Origin: Candidatus Marinacidobacterales bacterium
GTDB lineage: Bacteria; Acidobacteriota; Vicinamibacteria; Marinacidobacterales; DATDRI01
NCBI GenBank assembly: GCA_965219415.1
Contig: CBDCNP010000002.1
Location: forward strand, 256,001-320,000
Length of the DNA stretch: 64,000 nt
Direction of reading: 5' to 3'
In this document: in pieces, positions 41,991 through 53,205 of the stretch
Position numbering within the stretch: the stretch's first letter is position 1
How the letters are laid out: each line of letters opens with the position of its first letter
Position numbers and translations under genes: made by a program
The notes under the pieces: generated by a model
Told to the model about the DNA's origin: nothing
Seen by the model: the letters and a program-made list of their open reading frames with translations, nothing else
Database searches by the model: none

Positions 41991-44900
41991 GATAGATATT
42001 GCTCGCCGGCAATGCAGAGGACGGCGTGAATGACGTGGCCGCGGTGATGACGTCGATGGGAGTTCCCCCGCTCGTAACGTTGTCCACCACCAACCGGTAG
42101 CTGGCGGCGTCCGTCACCGCGCTCCACTGAAACGTCGGCGTGGTGTCATTGGTCGCGCCGACGATCGGGCTAACCAGATTCGGGGCCGGGAGCACTCCCA
42201 CGCAGCCATTGAGAGAGACATCGTCCACGAAAAAGTTGGTCCCAGTCGGTGAGCCGGTAGTCGTCGACTCGAACCGTAAGGTGTGGGTCCCCCCGTCGGC
42301 GTAGGCGTCCACGTTCACCACTACCTGGGCGTAGCCGCTGCCATAGGTCGGATCCCCCTCCAGCACCGAGAAGACCTCCTGCCCGTCGATGAGGACCCGC
42401 ATCTCATCCACGCCGTTCCCGCTGGAGATGTTGATCCAAAGGTAGAACGATAGGGATGCCGCCCCGAGCGGAATGCTGACGGTCTGCTCGACCGAGCCTT
42501 GTTCTGGGACGCTGATACCGCCGAACCAGATCCACCAGTCGCCGGTTCGCGCCGCGGTCACAAGGCAGGTGCTAGGGTCGCAAAGCGGGGTCCCAAAGTT
42601 GGTCGAGACCTGCGTCCAAGCGGGGCTCGCGGCGCCTCCTTCGAAGCTGCCATCCGCAACTCTCTCGCTGCACTGATCGGCGGTAGTGAAAGACCAAACC
42701 GGTCCAGACACGTCGGGGCCCACGGAATCCCGACTGACTACTCTCCAGTAGTACGTGGTGGTGAATTCGAGTTGGGCGGGGGAGTAGCTGCTCTCGGTCT
42801 GGTTGCTCGAGACGAGCGGCGGGTTCGACGACGTCCCAAAGTAAACGTCATAGGTCGCAGCTCCGGCGATCCAGGATAGCGTTGGAGTGTGAACTACGTC
42901 GACCGCCCCGTCGACCGGTGAAGGCGCACGAGGAGTGATGTTGCCCTGAAGCAAATCGACCCAAAACGCCCCTCGGCCATGCGTGAAGGCAAAGAGTCTG
43001 GTTTGTGAAGCATCGAGCGCAAGCGTTTCCGTAACCACATTGGCGAAGCCGGTGTTCTCGACGGCCCAAGTTGCGCCCGCGTCGATGGAAGTGAAGACAC
43101 CGAGATCGGTCCCGACATAGAGGTGGCTTCCCACTGGAGCCGCCACCGGGTCGACCACGATGGAATGAGACGGTACGTCGGGGATGCCGGTGCTTCCTGA
43201 GCCATCGAGATCGCCCCAGCTCGCGCCGCCCGTTGGTGCTCTTCCACACGTGTATGCCGCCGAACGTCGAGTAGGTGGCGTACGCCGTCATCTCGTCCTC
43301 GGGATGAAACGCGAGGGACGACACGAATCCGCTCCTGGGCCGGTTGGACGGCCAGTCTGTCGTGGATGACGCGCCCAGAGCCACGTCGGTCCGATGGATG
43401 CGCCCATTTGTGAGCCCGACCAGAACGCGGTTGGGGTTCGTGGGAGACACCGCCAGGGCACTCACGGTGCCCCCGAGCTGGGTGCTCGCCTGGGTCCAGT
43501 TGGACGCTCCATTCACGGTGCGCCAGACGAAACGACCTCCCGTCCACAACCTCTGGGAGTCGCTCGGATCCATAATGAAGGGCGTGATGAAGAGGCCGGA
43601 ATCGCTGATGCCGTTGGTGGGGCTCGAAAAGCTCGCCCCGCCGTTGGTGGATTTCCTAATCGCCCAGCCCTGGAATTCCGCATAAAGGATATTGGTGTTG
43701 GTGGGGTCGACCGCCACGTAGCCACCGTCTCCGCCCATAATCGGCTGCCAATTCTGCGGGCCGCCGGTATCGTTGCCGCGGATGGTGCCGTTGTCCTGTG
43801 TGCCACCGAAGTAGGTTTGTCCGTTCGGATACGGGGCGCCGTGGTCGAACTGGGTGACCCCGTAGTTGTTATTCAAAGAGGACCAGGTTCACATCCGAGC
43901 TGGGGCCCGAGCACACATTGAGGTCGGTCCCCGCTCTGGCATCCAGAGTGCGGTAGATGCCGCCGTCGTTTCCCGCGAAGAGCGTCTTGTTGCTCACTCC
44001 ATCGTAGCCAGGGTGAAAGGCGAGCGCGTGTTGATCCACGTGGGAGTTCCGGCCGGCATAACCCCAGTTCTGCCCGCCATCATCGGAACGGAAGAGATCG
44101 ACCCCACCGGTCCACACGACGTCCGAGTCCACTGGATCCACGGCGATGACGTTGTCGTACCAACCCTGGTTGAAGAAGCTTCCTGCACAAAGGGCGAACC
44201 AACTGTTTGTCAGAAGCATCCGGTTCATGGATGTCGGGTCGTTATTCCGCACCCGAGCCGTCCAAGAGACGCCCCCGTCGGTGGAGCGAAAGACCGCGTG
44301 AAGACCGTAGATCACGTCCTGGTTGGATGGTGCGATCCCCAACGAAGTTCGCCCCAAGCCGGTCTCGGTCAATGATGCCGACCACGCACCGCCACCACCA
44401 GCATCCGGATTACGGTACACCGTCGCGTCAGTGAACGTACCCCCGCAGGAAGCGAAAACCACGTCGTTCGCCGAGTCAGTACGAATCACGAGATCCAGGC
44501 AGCCGTTCGACGTCCCGGGGACAAGCACTTGGGACCAACTGCCTCCCCCGTCGAGGGAGCGCCAGACCCCGGTCCTCGTCGCCGCGTACACCCGCTGCGA
44601 GCTGTTGGGGCTCACCACCACGTCGTTCACATAGTGGAAGCTCGAGTTGTTGGTGGAGGCGAGGTGGTTCCAGCTCGCCCCGCCGTCAGTCGTCTTGAAG
44701 ATCCCCGCGCCACGGACCGCGTCACCGTTGAAAACGCCCTCGCCCGTTCCGGCGTAGAGCACGCTTGAGTTACTCGGGTCCATGGCCAGCGATGCCACCG
44801 CCAAGTTTGCCATCAGGTCATCGAGAGCCGACCAAGATGAGCCCCCGTTGGTCGTCTTCCAGACTCCCCCGGCGACGCCGCCGGCGTACATAACGTCGGC

Positions 44901-45877
44901 ATTTCCTGGATCGATGACCAGCACGCGGGTGCGCCCTCCGACGTTGCCGGGACCGAGCTCCTCCCAAGTGGAGAGCGCTTGCATCGCGGAGGCAGTCATC
45001 CCTGCCGGAGCCATGAGGTCCGACGCCGTGGAGTAAACGGACATATTTCTCATTTGCCTTCGAGCGCTCAGGTAGCGCTCCACCGGAACCGCCGTCTCCC
45101 CTACCGGTGCCCGCTTCGCTCGGTAGTACTCTTGCGCCTCCGCCGGTTTATCGAATCGAGCCTTTCCCTTGACGAGCTTGCGCTCGCGGCTCGCCGGCTT
45201 GGCAACGGGGAGCGCCGACGATACGCTGATAACGCCCCCGCGACCCGGCCCGTGAGGCGGATGGGTAACGGCAAGAGCGCAAAGGATTCCATACGCGAGA
45301 ACTATGAAGCCCGATCGGCTACCTTTGGTCATCTAGAGTTGCAGCTCTCTCGAGAGGGGGATTTCCTGCTCGCCTCCGCGGGTGACGCCAGAAACCGCAG
45401 GGGCAATCGATTTCCACGTAAATCCATTTTCGTCCTTCCGAGGGGTTGGGATCCTAACGGGCAGATCCCGTGCCACGATCTGACCACCCGCCCTCGTATC
45501 GCTTCTCAACGAGGTAACTCCGGTTTGTCGCTAAGTTTATAGAACTAGGAAGCTTGTTGACACAGCTCGCACGTCGACTTTTCTCATCGCGCCGGGCGTT
45601 TGCCCTCACTGAGGCGATTCCCTGACACTTGTTACAAATTTCGTCGCTCTCAACTCATTGCAAACAAGTGATTTCGATCACATGCAGGAACGCATGTGTT
45701 TCTTGGGGAGCTGAGATGATGTCGTCGATGTCGGCCAAGCCCCCCCTCCGGGACACCGTTGCTCGGGCAACTCGTTGGCGCTGGATTGGCGGCGCTCTTT
45801 GTGACAGGATAGCCCCCGCAGTTCGTCTATGAAATCACGGCGCGCCGTGTGCGCCCGGTCGTAGAAACGCTGGAGGG

Positions 45878-46468
45878 ATGACCTTGAAAATTCAATCACT
45901 CTTATTGTCGCTTGGGTTGCTGCTCGTTCCATTCGCCGTTCATGGGCAAGAGGAAGTCGAAGGTGAGGCCGAGGCTGCGCCCACAGTGGAACCCTTGGTG
46001 GGAGCCGTTACCGGCGGCCAGCTTCGCGAGGTTCGTCGCCTGTTGAAAGACGGCGCGGACGCCAACGGGTCCACCGAGGGTGGGTCGCCGCTGCTCCTAT
46101 ACGCGTCACTTCATGGTCTCGAGAACGTTGCGAAAGCGCTCATCGAGGCCCAGGCCGACCTGAACGCTCAGAACCGGGCCGGCGCGACCGCTCTGATGTA
46201 CGCCGCGCAGTTCAAGCACAACGGTATCGTGGAAGCGCTCATTGAAGGCGGGGCCGATATGAACGCTGGGGATAGCGTGGGTTGGACGCCGCTCATCTAC
46301 GCGGTGGTGGGAGGAAACGCCGCGGCTATCACGGTCCTCCTCGAGGCAGGGGCAGACGTGAATGCGACTGGCCTGTTTGGTCGGAACGCAGCGCAAATCG
46401 CGGAGACTCGAGGGAACGCCGACGTCATCGCAGCTCTCAACCCACCGCCGCCGCCGCCCGGTTCGTGA
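45878..46468 (+). CDS. Exported ankyrin-repeat protein
   Basis: Signal peptide; G.TALMYAA, GWTPLIYA and LLEAGADVN repeats. Confidence 0.92.
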   Translation: MTLKIQSLLLSLGLLLVPFAVHGQEEVEGEAEAAPTVEPLVGAVTGGQLREVRRLLKDGADANGSTEGGSPLLLYASLHGLENVAKALIEAQADLNAQNRAGATALMYAAQFKHNGIVEALIEGGADMNAGDSVGWTPLIYAVVGGNAAAITVLLEAGADVNATGLFGRNAAQIAETRGNADVIAALNPPPPPPGS

Positions 46469-46499
46469 GAACCGGTGGCGACCCCGGTTGTACTTCGTA

Positions 46500-47684
46500 T
46501 CAAAAGAATACGCTGACCGAGAAATAGGCGGTTGTGGCAGCGAGTCCGTACTCGGACGGCAGGCCGCCGCCAGGGGTTGGCTCGTCGTCACCAACCCCGA
46601 CGAAAACACCACCTGTCACGGTGGCTTCATCGCTCGCCGAATAAACGACGCTCGGCGACAGCAGTGAGCTCGGGTCGTTGAGGTTCAACAACCACAGGAA
46701 CGACAGGCTCCACAAGGGGTTGAGCTGGAACTGGGCCTGGCTCGCGATCTCGTCCCGACCCAGAACCTGAAGCTCTCCCCTCTGAAACGCGAGAGACGTC
46801 AATACGTCGGTGTATTCTTTCGGACTCGCAGCGCCAAGACCATCACGCTGATACTCGACCACCACGTAGAAGTCGCGCTTGAAGACATCGAAGCGACGAT
46901 CCACTCCGATCGTTCCGCGAAAGACCGTGTCACCCTCTTCCCGCAGTAACACCGCCTCGCCTCGGATCGCGGCGGGACCGAGCGACCCGGCCGCGCCCCC
47001 GGCCACGGTGGGTTTCTGGTAAAGTGCACCTCCCCAACCCGACAGCTCCCAATTCTTCCAGGTGGTGAGCCCTCTCGCGACGGCGGTGACTTCGGTCCCG
47101 GCCTGCTCGAAATCCGTAGCTCGCACGACGAAATCCAGTTGGCTGAGAGGTCCGGGGAATGCCTGGGCTCGAACCGCATCGACCCCCGCCCGAAACTCAC
47201 GAAACGGATCGGCAGGACTAAACGGTGAGAACGGATCCGCCGGTGTGAGAAAGAGCGTAGTCGCCCAGGAGATGGCTTGCCGACCAACCTCCAGGTCGAA
47301 CGCTGGGCTCGGATTCCAGCCGAGCGACAGACGGTCGAAACGGTGTTGCCACAGAACGTGGGTGCTTTCCTCGATCGTCCATTGAAGAGGGAGCCACTCC
47401 CCTCCGCCAGGAACCGAGCCAACGAAAAAACCCGGTAGGGCCTTTCCCTGTCGAAGGGTGAACAATTGCTCATAGGCCACGTCCAAGTTAAAGTCCCCGA
47501 ACACCGGGTCGGACATGATGCGAAGCCGGTTGAAATCGCTCAACGCACTTTCAGAGATCTCTGTGGACTCGCTCCACAAAGGAACGTTTTGATAGTGGGC
47601 GGTGAGAGGTAGTGACTGCCCCAGGGCGTCACCGACACCCAGGAAAACAACAACCGCAAGCGGGACCGCGGTGCGGCGCGTCAA
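46500..47684 (-). CDS. Outer-membrane beta-barrel-type protein of the ABC operon
   Basis: Signal peptide, HRFDRL, VGRQAISW, GVDAVR, terminal FSVSVFF. Confidence 0.65.
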   Translation of the reverse strand: MTRRTAVPLAVVVFLGVGDALGQSLPLTAHYQNVPLWSESTEISESALSDFNRLRIMSDPVFGDFNLDVAYEQLFTLRQGKALPGFFVGSVPGGGEWLPLQWTIEESTHVLWQHRFDRLSLGWNPSPAFDLEVGRQAISWATTLFLTPADPFSPFSPADPFREFRAGVDAVRAQAFPGPLSQLDFVVRATDFEQAGTEVTAVARGLTTWKNWELSGWGGALYQKPTVAGGAAGSLGPAAIRGEAVLLREEGDTVFRGTIGVDRRFDVFKRDFYVVVEYQRDGLGAASPKEYTDVLTSLAFQRGELQVLGRDEIASQAQFQLNPLWSLSFLWLLNLNDPSSLLSPSVVYSASDEATVTGGVFVGVGDDEPTPGGGLPSEYGLAATTAYFSVSVFF

Positions 47685-48403
47685 TTCTTGGGCTCGAGCT
47701 GGCGCCGTTCATCCGCGTCGATCGCACCGTCGACGAGGCGAATGAGCCGGCGGGATCGTTCCATCACTCGCGGATCGTGAGTCGCAAACACAAAAGTCGT
47801 ACCTAGCTCCTGGTTGAGCTCTTCCATGACCCCGAGCAACGCGTCGCTCGCCGACGAGTCGAGATTGGCCGTCGGTTCGTCGGCAAGCACCAGGACCGGC
47901 TCACCCACAACCGCCCGAATGACCGCCACTCGCTGCTGCTGGCCGCCTGAGAGTTTTCCGGGTCGACGATCCTCGAGACCACTGAGACCGGTGCACTCGA
48001 AGAGTTTGTGGACGCGCCGTTCCCGATCACTGGTCTCCATGCCGCGCAGAAGAAGCGGGAACTCGGCGTTTTCTTGCGCGGTAAGGACGGGGAGCAGGTT
48101 ATAGGCTTGGAAGATGAACCCCACGTGCTCGAGGCGCAGCGCAGCCAGCTCGCGATTCGACATCTTCGTAATGTCCCGCTCCGCTACCCAAACACTACCC
48201 CTCGTCGCCTTGGTCAATCCACCTATGAGATTCAGTAACGTCGTCTTGCCTGATCCGGACGGTCCTGCCAAGGCGGTGAACTCCCCTGCCTCGATGGTGA
48301 GTGAAACATCACGGACCGCCTCTACCCGCTCGGCCTCCTGCTCGAAGATCTTCCAGAGGTTCTCCGTCCGGACCGCGGCACTTCCTCTCTTCGTCTTACT
48401 CAT
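47681..48403 (-). CDS. ABC ATP-binding protein (LolD/MacB-like)
   Basis: GPSGSGKT, LSGGQQQRV, LADEPTANLD, THD. Confidence 0.95.
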   Translation of the reverse strand: MSKTKRGSAAVRTENLWKIFEQEAERVEAVRDVSLTIEAGEFTALAGPSGSGKTTLLNLIGGLTKATRGSVWVAERDITKMSNRELAALRLEHVGFIFQAYNLLPVLTAQENAEFPLLLRGMETSDRERRVHKLFECTGLSGLEDRRPGKLSGGQQQRVAVIRAVVGEPVLVLADEPTANLDSSASDALLGVMEELNQELGTTFVFATHDPRVMERSRRLIRLVDGAIDADERRQLEPKN

Positions 48404-48406
48404 CGT

Positions 48407-49684
48407 CTATCTCTCGAACTTCATCGCCTCCGTTACGTCGATGTGCATCGCTCGGTACGCTGGATAGAGCGACGCCAACGACCCGATCGCCAGCATGAAC
48501 ACCATGGCTTGAACAATCCGCGCCACGCGGAAGAGGGGAACGATTACCGGATCCATGACCACACCCGAAAAGCTCCAATCCTCGTCCCACATCCCGCTAA
48601 TATCGAGGCCGTCGCGCCAGAAATACCAGGTAATGAAAAGGCCCAGGGCAATGCCTAGGATGCCACTCACCACAGTGAGAAATAGACCTTCGATGAGCAC
48701 GAGCCGGCCCGTCTGTCCTGGCGTCAAACCCAGCGCTTGAAGGACTCCGAACTCACGATAACGATGCAAGACCGACATCAAAACGGTGTTCACGATTCCC
48801 AGTGCAATGATCGTGAATAGAATTCCCTGAAACATGTAGTTGCCGAAGTCGTCGATCTTGACCGCCGCGTCGAGCTCGGGCATCGCCTCGCGCCAACCCA
48901 TGACCGTCAGCGACCCTTGCTCGATGGGGGCGGCCAGCTGCCGACTAAGAACCCGGGTAACTCGCGGCACGGCGCCGCTGACATCGAGGAGCAGCGCAAG
49001 AGATGTGATGTCATCTCCTGAGCCCAACCAGGCACCGGCGGTAGTGAGCGGGATGTGCATCAACGAATGATCGACCTCCGGTATCCCGGTTCTAAAGATA
49101 CCGACCACTCTGAGTAGCAGACCCGCGATATCTCCTTCCGCGTCTTGGGCCGTGACTACCAGACGCGAGCCGAGACGGAGCTCCAGGCTCTCGGCGAGTC
49201 CCGCGGCTACATAGGCGGCTCGATTGTCATCGTCCTGCAGGTAGCGGCCTTCGGCGACCTTCTTGTCAAGGATGGAGAAGCTCGACTCCGAGCTTGGGTC
49301 CACGCCCACGATCTGAACCGGGCGCGCACCAGCGGGAGAGCTTGCCAGACCGCTGATCGTCAGCTGCGGCGACACCGCGGCAACGTGCTCGGAAACGTCG
49401 GCGGCGGCGATCGCCGCCTCTGCCACCGCGCGTGCGTCGGCCGGAAGACGGTCCTCGATCTTCCGGCTGGTCTTGAAGCCTGGGGCTTGAACAGAGACGT
49501 GGCCACCGGCCATCCGCACCGCGGACTCGATCCAAGCTTCGTGCGTTCCGTCTCCTAATGGCAGGCTGATCATCAGTAGTGTTCCCCCGACGATCATGGC
49601 CGCCGCCGTCAAAAGTGTTCGACGGACGTGCCTCCGAAGATTGCGAAACGCCAGCTGCGTCAAGACCCGGCCCTGGCTCTTCAC
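48407..49684 (-). CDS. ABC permease (LolC/E, FtsX-like)
   Basis: AFRNLRR..RRTLLT, IVNTVLMSV..R.REFG, YPAYRA. Confidence 0.92.
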   Translation of the reverse strand: MKSQGRVLTQLAFRNLRRHVRRTLLTAAAMIVGGTLLMISLPLGDGTHEAWIESAVRMAGGHVSVQAPGFKTSRKIEDRLPADARAVAEAAIAAADVSEHVAAVSPQLTISGLASSPAGARPVQIVGVDPSSESSFSILDKKVAEGRYLQDDDNRAAYVAAGLAESLELRLGSRLVVTAQDAEGDIAGLLLRVVGIFRTGIPEVDHSLMHIPLTTAGAWLGSGDDITSLALLLDVSGAVPRVTRVLSRQLAAPIEQGSLTVMGWREAMPELDAAVKIDDFGNYMFQGILFTIIALGIVNTVLMSVLHRYREFGVLQALGLTPGQTGRLVLIEGLFLTVVSGILGIALGLFITWYFWRDGLDISGMWDEDWSFSGVVMDPVIVPLFRVARIVQAMVFMLAIGSLASLYPAYRAMHIDVTEAMKFER

Positions 49685-49691
49685 AGTCTCT

Positions 49692-50948
49692 TCATAGTCC
49701 GGACAGGGTATCGGCCGGCGGAACGCGGGAGGCTCGCGCAGCCGGATAGAGGGCGGCGATCAACGCGGTAGTCAGGAGTGCCACTCCAGCCCATGCCGCC
49801 ATCGGAAAATTGTATTCGACCCTCAAGGTGGGTCTCATCAGCGCCCCGAACATCGTGAACTCGCCGTAAATCCAACTGAGATCGGGCGGGGCGTTGTGCC
49901 ACCAAAACATGATGGGAAACGTAATCGCGGCTCCCACCAAGAGACTCAAGAGACCGAGGGCAATCGCCTCGGCGACGACGGTGAGCAATACCGCCCCCGG
50001 ACCGCTCCCCAGAGCCAGCATCACCGCGAACTCGCGGCGACGCTCGAACGTCGTCATGAGCATGGTGTTGGCAACACCAAAGACCGCTATGGCGAACACG
50101 ATAAGAATGACAATGAAGTACCACGCTTCCACGAGCTGAACGTACTCCAGCATTTCAGGGCGCAGCACGTTCCACGGTACGATCTCCAAGGGTGGGCCGG
50201 CCGCAAGCTGTCTTTCCAACCGGACCGCTGCCTCCTTAGCCAACCAAGGGTTGGTGGTCCGGGCAGCTATTTCGTGGATGCGAGCGGAATCCAGCGCGAC
50301 CAGAGTCTGCAGGGAATCCAATGGAAGCAACGCGTACGACACGTCGAGCCCGGCCAAGCCCGTCCGATAAATCCCTGTAACGGAAAAGAGATCATTTCCC
50401 ATCGAGCCGTCGGCTCCGGGAGCCACCAAAACCACCTCATCTCCGAGCTCGACAGCGAGCTGCTTAGCCATCTCGGACCCGATCAGAATCTCGTTTCTGC
50501 CGGAGGATGGAACGCGACCACTCGTCAACCCGGTCAAGATTCGGCTCACGTTCGGCTCGCGGTCGGGGTCGATGCCCATGAGCATGCCCGCCGAGGTGGA
50601 GTCACCAGAGCTCACGAGTCCACCCGCATACACCCGGGGCGCAGCGGCTTCGATGGCTGGATCGTTGGTCACGGCACGAAGAATTTCCTCGACGTCCGCG
50701 CCACCACGCCCGCCGATGGTCTCGTAGAGACTTCGCTCCGGCCGGTAGTCGAGGGAATGGACCTGCAGTTGCCCGGTGATAAGAGCGGTCCCATTCTCCA
50801 CCATCTCGGCCTTGAGGCCGTCGGCCCAGCCGACGATGAAAACGACGGCGAAGTAGCCGACCGCAAGCCCCAATGCGGTAATGAAGGTACGCCTTCGGTT
50901 GCGGCCGAGATTCCGCCAGCCGATGAGCAGCCACGGAGCTTGGAGCAT
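49692..50948 (-). CDS. ABC permease (LolC/E, FtsX-like)
   Basis: WRNLGRNRRRT, VANTMLM..FER.REF, YPAARA. Confidence 0.92.
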   Translation of the reverse strand: MLQAPWLLIGWRNLGRNRRRTFITALGLAVGYFAVVFIVGWADGLKAEMVENGTALITGQLQVHSLDYRPERSLYETIGGRGGADVEEILRAVTNDPAIEAAAPRVYAGGLVSSGDSTSAGMLMGIDPDREPNVSRILTGLTSGRVPSSGRNEILIGSEMAKQLAVELGDEVVLVAPGADGSMGNDLFSVTGIYRTGLAGLDVSYALLPLDSLQTLVALDSARIHEIAARTTNPWLAKEAAVRLERQLAAGPPLEIVPWNVLRPEMLEYVQLVEAWYFIVILIVFAIAVFGVANTMLMTTFERRREFAVMLALGSGPGAVLLTVVAEAIALGLLSLLVGAAITFPIMFWWHNAPPDLSWIYGEFTMFGALMRPTLRVEYNFPMAAWAGVALLTTALIAALYPAARASRVPPADTLSGL

Positions 50949-51053
50949 GTTTGTTCCCTTAATCCCTCTCCGCTAGGAAGACTGCGGGCGTCACGCAGCG
51001 TCGTGCCGTTATCACTGGAGTCAGACGCCGGGTGAGGGAAAAAGAAACCACCG

Positions 51054-51806
51054 TCATCGTCGGCGTTTCAGCGACTGCAGCGAGAAGAAGGGTTCCTGGA
51101 TGTCGATGTCGAACTCTAGCTCACCGTACCGAATCGTGGTTCTCTCGTTGGGCTTGTCCTCCGGGTGCATGTCCATTACCGCGGGGACCAGACGCCCGCC
51201 CATTTTTCGGAAATCACTGTAGGCCAGCGAGCGCACGAGCTCATCATCCTCATCGTAGTAGCGTGCCCAGAGGGGCATGAAGTCTGCTTTGCGAACCCGG
51301 AACTCGATGTGCCCCCACACCACGGGTGCTTCTGGTTTCGGCGTCAGCTTGAAATCCCAGACCTCTACCCCGTCACGATCCCCTTCGAAGGCGACCTCGA
51401 TGTCGTAGTCTCCGACTAAAGTACTCTCCTTCACGAGGTCGTCATTGGTGAAATGAGAGCCCATCCAGGACCCCATCATCATCGATGCCGGGATCTTGAT
51501 CGTGCGATCCACCTTCGGAAGGTAGTTCCAAATGTCATCGCCCGCCTTGAGAGTGCCGGTGCCGGCCTCTTTGGCGGGGCTGACAATTTTCACTAGAGAG
51601 TACTCGGTGCCCAACGACCAGAGCTCCATCTTCAAACTACGTTCCCAGTTCTCGGTCACGACTTCCATCGTGGCAACACCATGACTCGAATCACCGCGCA
51701 GAATCCGATCGACGCGGTCGATGATGTCGCGGGGAGAGTCTTGGCCGTTGGCTGCGCCTGCCCCAAGAAGAAGAAGGAGAGCCAGCATTCCTCGCATACG
51801 CTTCAT
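51054..51806 (-). CDS. Outer-membrane lipoprotein-sorting (LolA-like) protein
   Basis: Signal peptide, PAKEAGT..LK, WNYLPKVDRTIKIP, SWMGSHFTNDD. Confidence 0.85.
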   Translation of the reverse strand: MKRMRGMLALLLLLGAGAANGQDSPRDIIDRVDRILRGDSSHGVATMEVVTENWERSLKMELWSLGTEYSLVKIVSPAKEAGTGTLKAGDDIWNYLPKVDRTIKIPASMMMGSWMGSHFTNDDLVKESTLVGDYDIEVAFEGDRDGVEVWDFKLTPKPEAPVVWGHIEFRVRKADFMPLWARYYDEDDELVRSLAYSDFRKMGGRLVPAVMDMHPEDKPNERTTIRYGELEFDIDIQEPFFSLQSLKRRR

Positions 51807-52067
51807 TGGTAACTTCCCATAAGTATTAGCGGCCGTTTCCTTCGCGCCACCTAGGTCCAAGCTATTGTTGCCATGACGAATACTTCCGGAAAGAAAAGAA
51901 GAGAACTAACATTCAGTGAGCTATCGACGTCAGCAACCCTACACGATAGCGGGGACGCCACTAGGTTGCAAGCCGCCGCAACGATTGGAGTGTGAACGGG
52001 GCGGCGGAGCGGATATCATGGAGCTTCGCGGGATGCAGTTGAAATAGAGGAACAGGAGACTACGATT

Positions 52068-52141
52068 CCCTCACCCGGCGTCTGGCCACGTCGAGAGTGG
52101 CACGCCGTCTTTTGACGCCCAACTCTCCCAAAGGGAGAGGG
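52068..52141. repeat. Structured intergenic repeat, second long copy
   Basis: ccctcaccc-ggcgtc...gacgcc-caa-ctctccc-aaa-gggagaggg. Confidence 0.75.
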
Positions 52142-52167
52142 CTTAAAGGACGAGGAGACTATTTATA

Positions 52168-53184
52168 ATGGGACCCACCGTATGGGTATGGCTTCAGTTC
52201 GCCTTCTGCGTCCTTCTGATCGGGGTGGCGGGAAGCAGGCTTTGCCGTTACGGAGACGTCATCGCCGAGAAGACCGGGCTCAGCGGCACTTGGATCGGGG
52301 TGGTCATGTTGGCCACGGTAACCTCCCTACCTGAGCTCGCCACCGGGATAAGCGCCGTCTCGTTCGCCAACACGCCAGATCTCGCGGTGGGAGACGTGCT
52401 GGGAAGTTGCGTCTTCAATCTCTTCATTATCTTCATCCTGGATTTCCTGCATCGCAAGGAATCCATCTATACCCGCGCCAGTCAAGGACACATACTCTCG
52501 GCCGGCTTTGGCATCATGATGCTCGGTTTCGCAGGCTTCAGTCTTCTGGTCTCCTCTCAGGGACAGGTGGTACGCATCAGCCACGTGGGTCTCTATTCTC
52601 CGCTTATTCTGGTCCTCTACGTTCTGGCGATGCGAACGGTATTCCGCTACGAGCACACCTCGAGAAAGGAATCCACCGAACAGGTCGCCGAGGTGTACGG
52701 TCACCTTTCGTTGCAGCACGCAGTGATCGGGTACTCGGTGGCGGCCGCGGTCGTCGTGGGAGCGGGCACCTGGCTGCCGTTCGTTGGGCAAGAAATCGCC
52801 CACCTGATGGATTGGGAGACAACGTTTGTTGGCACGTTGTTCGTCGCCTTCGCGACATCAGTGCCCGAAATGGTCGTTACCCTGGGCGCGCTGCGTCTCG
52901 GGGCCCTCGACATGGCCTTGGGCAACATCCTCGGCAGCAACTTGTTCAACGTTGCCATCCTGGCGGTGGACGATATGTTCTATCTCCCCGGTCCACTCTT
53001 CGATCAAGTTTCGTCCATTCACAGTGTCTCTGCAGTTTCAGCCATCATGATGTCTGGGATTGCGATCGTTGGCTTGCTGTACAGGCCTAAGACGAACTTG
53101 TTCCGCAAGGTGGGATGGATCAGCCTCTTCTTGTTTCTCGTCTACTTGCTGAACTCCTACGTTGTCTACCTATTCGAGAGTTGA
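52168..53184 (+). CDS. Sodium:calcium antiporter (CaCA/YrbG family)
   Basis: Two alpha repeats: TSLPE...GDVLGS..FN and TSVPE...GNILGSNLFN. Confidence 0.92.
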   Translation: MGPTVWVWLQFAFCVLLIGVAGSRLCRYGDVIAEKTGLSGTWIGVVMLATVTSLPELATGISAVSFANTPDLAVGDVLGSCVFNLFIIFILDFLHRKESIYTRASQGHILSAGFGIMMLGFAGFSLLVSSQGQVVRISHVGLYSPLILVLYVLAMRTVFRYEHTSRKESTEQVAEVYGHLSLQHAVIGYSVAAAVVVGAGTWLPFVGQEIAHLMDWETTFVGTLFVAFATSVPEMVVTLGALRLGALDMALGNILGSNLFNVAILAVDDMFYLPGPLFDQVSSIHSVSAVSAIMMSGIAIVGLLYRPKTNLFRKVGWISLFLFLVYLLNSYVVYLFES

Positions 53185-53205
53185 GTATCGTGGAGGGGTG
53201 GGCTT

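Larger units (their letters stand above)
40076..45332 (-). pseudogene. Large secreted protein (BNR/VPS10-like propeller, Fn3-like repeats, jelly-roll, F5/8 discoidin) interrupted by ISL3 and truncated at its 3' end
   Basis: WEELGPGNVGGRTR, many S/TxDGGxxW repeats, GGTQDNG, GGDGG, THGRG, YDVYFGT..YYWRV. Removing the IS restores SNIY|QWRVQARD. NIVDGDSATKW..IDLG..GRYVRI follows. Confidence 0.85.

Noticed and set aside
45333-45877. c-di-GMP-I riboswitch in the leader of the large secreted gene (gggcaaac on the minus strand)
   Set aside because: The following GNRA stem and GACGCAAAGC element are absent.
46500-51806. Barrel, ATPase, two permeases and LolA-like operon as a new system
   Set aside because: This is a widespread, known operon type.
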